From contig JAFWOT010000012.1 in assembly GCA_017509785.1 (NCBI GenBank), forward strand, positions 69,476-133,475: a DNA stretch of 64,000 bases. The letters run 5' to 3'. The notes below the pieces were generated by a model. The model was not told the origin of the DNA. It was given only the letters and a program-made list of their open reading frames with translations, and ran no database searches. The position numbers and the translations under genes were made by a program. Positions within the stretch are counted from its first letter, which is position 1; each line of letters starts with the position of its first letter. This stretch comes from Clostridia bacterium (GTDB lineage: Bacteria; Bacillota; Clostridia; Christensenellales; CAG-138). Shown in pieces: positions 61,841 to 64,000 of this stretch.

Positions 61841-62857
61841 TCAATCATTGCTTTCCGCGGCCGCAAGAGCGGATATCCCGCGGGCGATCTTTTCGGTGAC
61901 GCCGCCCATGACGTAAAGACGCGCCTGCCTTATTGCGTTGACGAAAGCCTTCGCGTCGCTCGAGCCGTGCGCCTTTATAATGCCTCCGTTGATGCCCAGA
62001 AGAGGCGCGCCGCCGTACTCGGTGTAATCCATCGTCTTCTTGACGGACTTGAACGCGGGCTTGGCTAACGCCGCGCCGAGCTTCGTCCTGAACGAGGAAT
62101 ACAGCCCGCGCTTCAGCATCTTGAAGAGAGCGGAAGCGAGGCCCTCGGCTTCCTTCAATATGACGTTGCCGGTGAAGCCGTCGGTGACTATAACGTCGTA
62201 TTCGCCGGAAAATATCTCGCGTCCCTCGCAGTTGCCAGCGAAGTTCACTTCGGTTTCCTTCAGGAGCGCGTACGCCGCCTTTGTAAGCTCGCTGCCCTTG
62301 GCTTCCTCCTCGCCGTTGTTGACGAGGCCGACTCGCGGGTTTTCAACGCCCATGACGCCCTGCATATAAGCGGCGCCCATCACGGCGAACTGGGGGAGGT
62401 ACTCCGGCTTGCAGTCGGAATTCGCGCCGCAGTCCAACAGCAGGAAGGGCTTCCCGGCCGTCGGCATCACGGGCGCGAGCGCAGGCCGCTTGACCCCGGG
62501 TATGCGCCTTACTATGAGGGTCGCCGCCGTCAGCACGGCCCCGGTGGAGCCCGCCGATATGAGGCAGTCCGCCTCATGCGCCGCCATCACGTTCATCGCG
62601 GCGACGAGGGAGGAATCCTTCTTGCGTTTCACGGCGACGGTCGGCTGTTCGTCGCAGGTGATGACCTGCGGAGCGTGGACGACCTTTACGCGCGGATCGT
62701 TCGTAAGACCGTGCTTTTCGAGCTCCTCCGCAATGCGCTGTTCGTCCCCGGTGAGGATCGCATCAAAATCGTCCCACTCACGCAATGCTGCGGATACGCC
62801 TTCTATTACCGCGGCGGGGGAGTTGTCTCCGCCGAACGCGTCGATCACAAGCTTCAT
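61841..62857 (-). CDS. plsX: Phosphate acyltransferase PlsX
   Basis: KLVIDAFGGDNSP...SAGSTGA...LLDCGAN...DGFTGNVILK. Confidence 0.95.
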   Translation of the reverse strand: MKLVIDAFGGDNSPAAVIEGVSAALREWDDFDAILTGDEQRIAEELEKHGLTNDPRVKVVHAPQVITCDEQPTVAVKRKKDSSLVAAMNVMAAHEADCLISAGSTGAVLTAATLIVRRIPGVKRPALAPVMPTAGKPFLLLDCGANSDCKPEYLPQFAVMGAAYMQGVMGVENPRVGLVNNGEEEAKGSELTKAAYALLKETEVNFAGNCEGREIFSGEYDVIVTDGFTGNVILKEAEGLASALFKMLKRGLYSSFRTKLGAALAKPAFKSVKKTMDYTEYGGAPLLGINGGIIKAHGSSDAKAFVNAIRQARLYVMGGVTEKIARGISALAAAESND

Positions 62858-62937
62858 ATTATCGCTCCTTTTTTATACTGCCCACCATTATACTATAAAC
62901 GCGGGCGCTTTACAATCAAATATATTAAGAAAATAGG

Positions 62938-62966
62938 TTGACAGACGATTTTCCCGCGTGTATAAT
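62938..62966 (+). promoter_or_regulatory. Consensus SigA promoter of ylxM-ffh
   Basis: TTGACA (62938-62943), 17 nt, TATAAT (62961-62966). The listed ORF start 62958 lies inside it. Confidence 0.7.
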
Positions 62967-63038
62967 CTCATAGGTGTAAAGCTCTTGGGCTTTACAGCGT
63001 CGGCCCGACGACGGGCCGCGGCATTTTCGGAGGGTAAT

Positions 63039-63377
63039 ATGCTCGGCAAGGCGGAGATATCTCTCATGCTCGATTACTACGGCTCCTTCCTTACGGAGCG
63101 GCAGGCGGCGCTCATGCGCATGAGCGCGGATGAGGATATGTCCCTCTCCGAGATAGCCGAGCAGGTCGGCATCTCCCGCCAGGCCGTGCGCGATCATCTG
63201 GCCAAGGCCTCGCGCGAGCTCGCATCCCTTGAGGAGAGGCTCGGCCTCGCGGCGAGGGACAGGGAGCTTCTCCGCTGCGCCGATCGGCTCGAAGCCGCGC
63301 TTGCGGATCCCTCAGGCGAAGGTCTTCGCCGCAGCGCCGGGGAGGTCTGCCGCGTCATTCGTTCCCTCGTCAAATAA
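63039..63377 (+). CDS. ylxM: YlxM-family putative DNA-binding protein (UPF0122, sigma-70 region-4-like HTH)
   Basis: LMLDYYGSFLTERQAALMRMSADEDMSLSEIAEQVGISRQAVRDHL. It lies immediately upstream of ffh, as in other Firmicutes. Confidence 0.88.
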   Translation: MLGKAEISLMLDYYGSFLTERQAALMRMSADEDMSLSEIAEQVGISRQAVRDHLAKASRELASLEERLGLAARDRELLRCADRLEAALADPSGEGLRRSAGEVCRVIRSLVK

Positions 63378-63409
63378 TAACGGACCGTATCATATTGGAG
63401 GTTCATTCC

Positions 63410-64000
63410 ATGGCATTTGAAGGACTTGCTTCAAAGCTTCAGAATATTTTCAAAAAGCTCGGCAACAAGGGCAAACTCTCCGAGAAGGAGGTCAAGGAGG
63501 CCCTGCGCGAGGTCAGGCTCGCCCTTTTGGAGGCGGACGTCAACTACACCGTTGTAAAGAAATTCGTCAATCGGGTCACGGAGCGCGCCGTCGGCGCGGA
63601 GGTGCTCGAATCCCTCACGCCCGCGCAGCAGGTCATTAAGATAGTCAACGAGGAGCTGACGAGTCTCATGGGCGGCTCCGCTGCAAAGCTCGATTACGGC
63701 TCTAAGAAGCCCTCGGTCTTCCTGCTTTCCGGTCTCCAGGGAGCGGGTAAGACGACTATGGCGGGCAAGCTCGCCGCGTATCTCAAAAAGCATCAGTCGA
63801 AGGATACGCTTCTCGTTGCCTGCGATATTTACCGCCCCGCCGCAATAAAGCAGCTGCAGGTCGTCGGAGAGAGGGCGGGCGTCAAGGTCTTCGAAAGGGG
63901 TCAGGCGGATCCGGTCGAGACGGCAAAGCTCGCCGTCGAGTACGCCGAGAAGAACTTCCTCGACGTCGTCATAATCGATACTGCGGGCCGTCTCCATATC
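63410..64000 (+). CDS. ffh: Signal recognition particle protein Ffh, 3'-truncated by the window edge
   Basis: It is not in the ORF track because there is no stop before the window end. My translation from ATG 63410 (GGAGG upstream) reads MAFEGLASKLQNIFKKLGNKGKLSEKEVKEALREVRLALLEADVNY...LLSGLQGAGKTTMAGKLA...IIDTAGRLHI. Confidence 0.93.
   Translation, partial: MAFEGLASKLQNIFKKLGNKGKLSEKEVKEALREVRLALLEADVNYTVVKKFVNRVTERAVGAEVLESLTPAQQVIKIVNEELTSLMGGSAAKLDYGSKKPSVFLLSGLQGAGKTTMAGKLAAYLKKHQSKDTLLVACDIYRPAAIKQLQVVGERAGVKVFERGQADPVETAKLAVEYAEKNFLDVVIIDTAGRLHI

Noticed and set aside
1-64000. CRISPR arrays, rRNA genes, IS elements with inverted repeats, prophage or defence-system gene sets (RM, TA, CBASS, retron, Abi)
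   Set aside because: Reading the intergenic regions and the ORF list showed no regularly spaced direct repeats, no Cas/transposase/integrase/reverse-transcriptase-like products and no toxin-antitoxin-sized gene pairs. The only mobile-element traces are the TnpV remnant and the inactive recombinase-like gene.

Overview
64-kb chromosomal window from a high-GC, endospore-forming Firmicute. It looks like Clostridia of the Oscillospiraceae/Ruminococcaceae type, but that is only a guess from gene content and codon style. I support about 60 protein genes and one tRNA-Asn(GTT). I see no rRNA, no CRISPR array and no intact transposase or integrase.

Most of the window is conserved housekeeping synteny:
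- pyrH-frr-uppS-cdsA-dxr-rseP-ispG-polC
- spoVT, then murB-rapZ-whiA-dnaE-pfkA
- spoIVA, then der-DUF512
- DnaD-domain protein plus DnaI-type loader
- plsX-acpP-rnc-smc-ftsY, divergent from ylxM-ffh

There are two accessory stretches.
1. nt ~2.1-11.7 kb is a co-directional, TetR-headed array of small-molecule-modifying enzymes. It holds a GNAT-CPT fusion, a CAT-family acyltransferase, a flavin reductase, a VOC protein, GNATs, a kinase-GNAT fusion and an AraC/GyrI regulator. Part of it is markedly AT-richer than the core. It contains three decayed genes and ends at a TnpV-family remnant beside the 3' end of tRNA-Asn.
2. nt 42.2-50.3 kb is a cell-envelope block: L,D-transpeptidase, VanX-type dipeptidase, lipoprotein, MBOAT, AlgJ/DHHW-like protein and DUF885. 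It ends in a serine-recombinase-like gene whose catalytic residues are all substituted.

The most interesting signals are pseudo-enzyme signatures in otherwise full-length proteins, all read by manual alignment from memory:
- PolC keeps a full-size exonuclease insert, but 4 of the 5 DEDDh positions appear replaced. The PHP metal ligands of both PolC and DnaE look intact.
- A stand-alone EF-G paralog has DAPGF in place of DxPGH and NQMD in place of NKxD.
- An E2/CAT-fold acyltransferase has DERIADG in place of DHRxxDG.
- The recombinase-like protein lacks the Ser/Arg catalytic set.

Several near-consensus TTGACA-17-TATAAT promoters, operator-like palindromes and intrinsic terminators can be read directly. 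Many long antisense ORFs in the track are high-GC artefacts.
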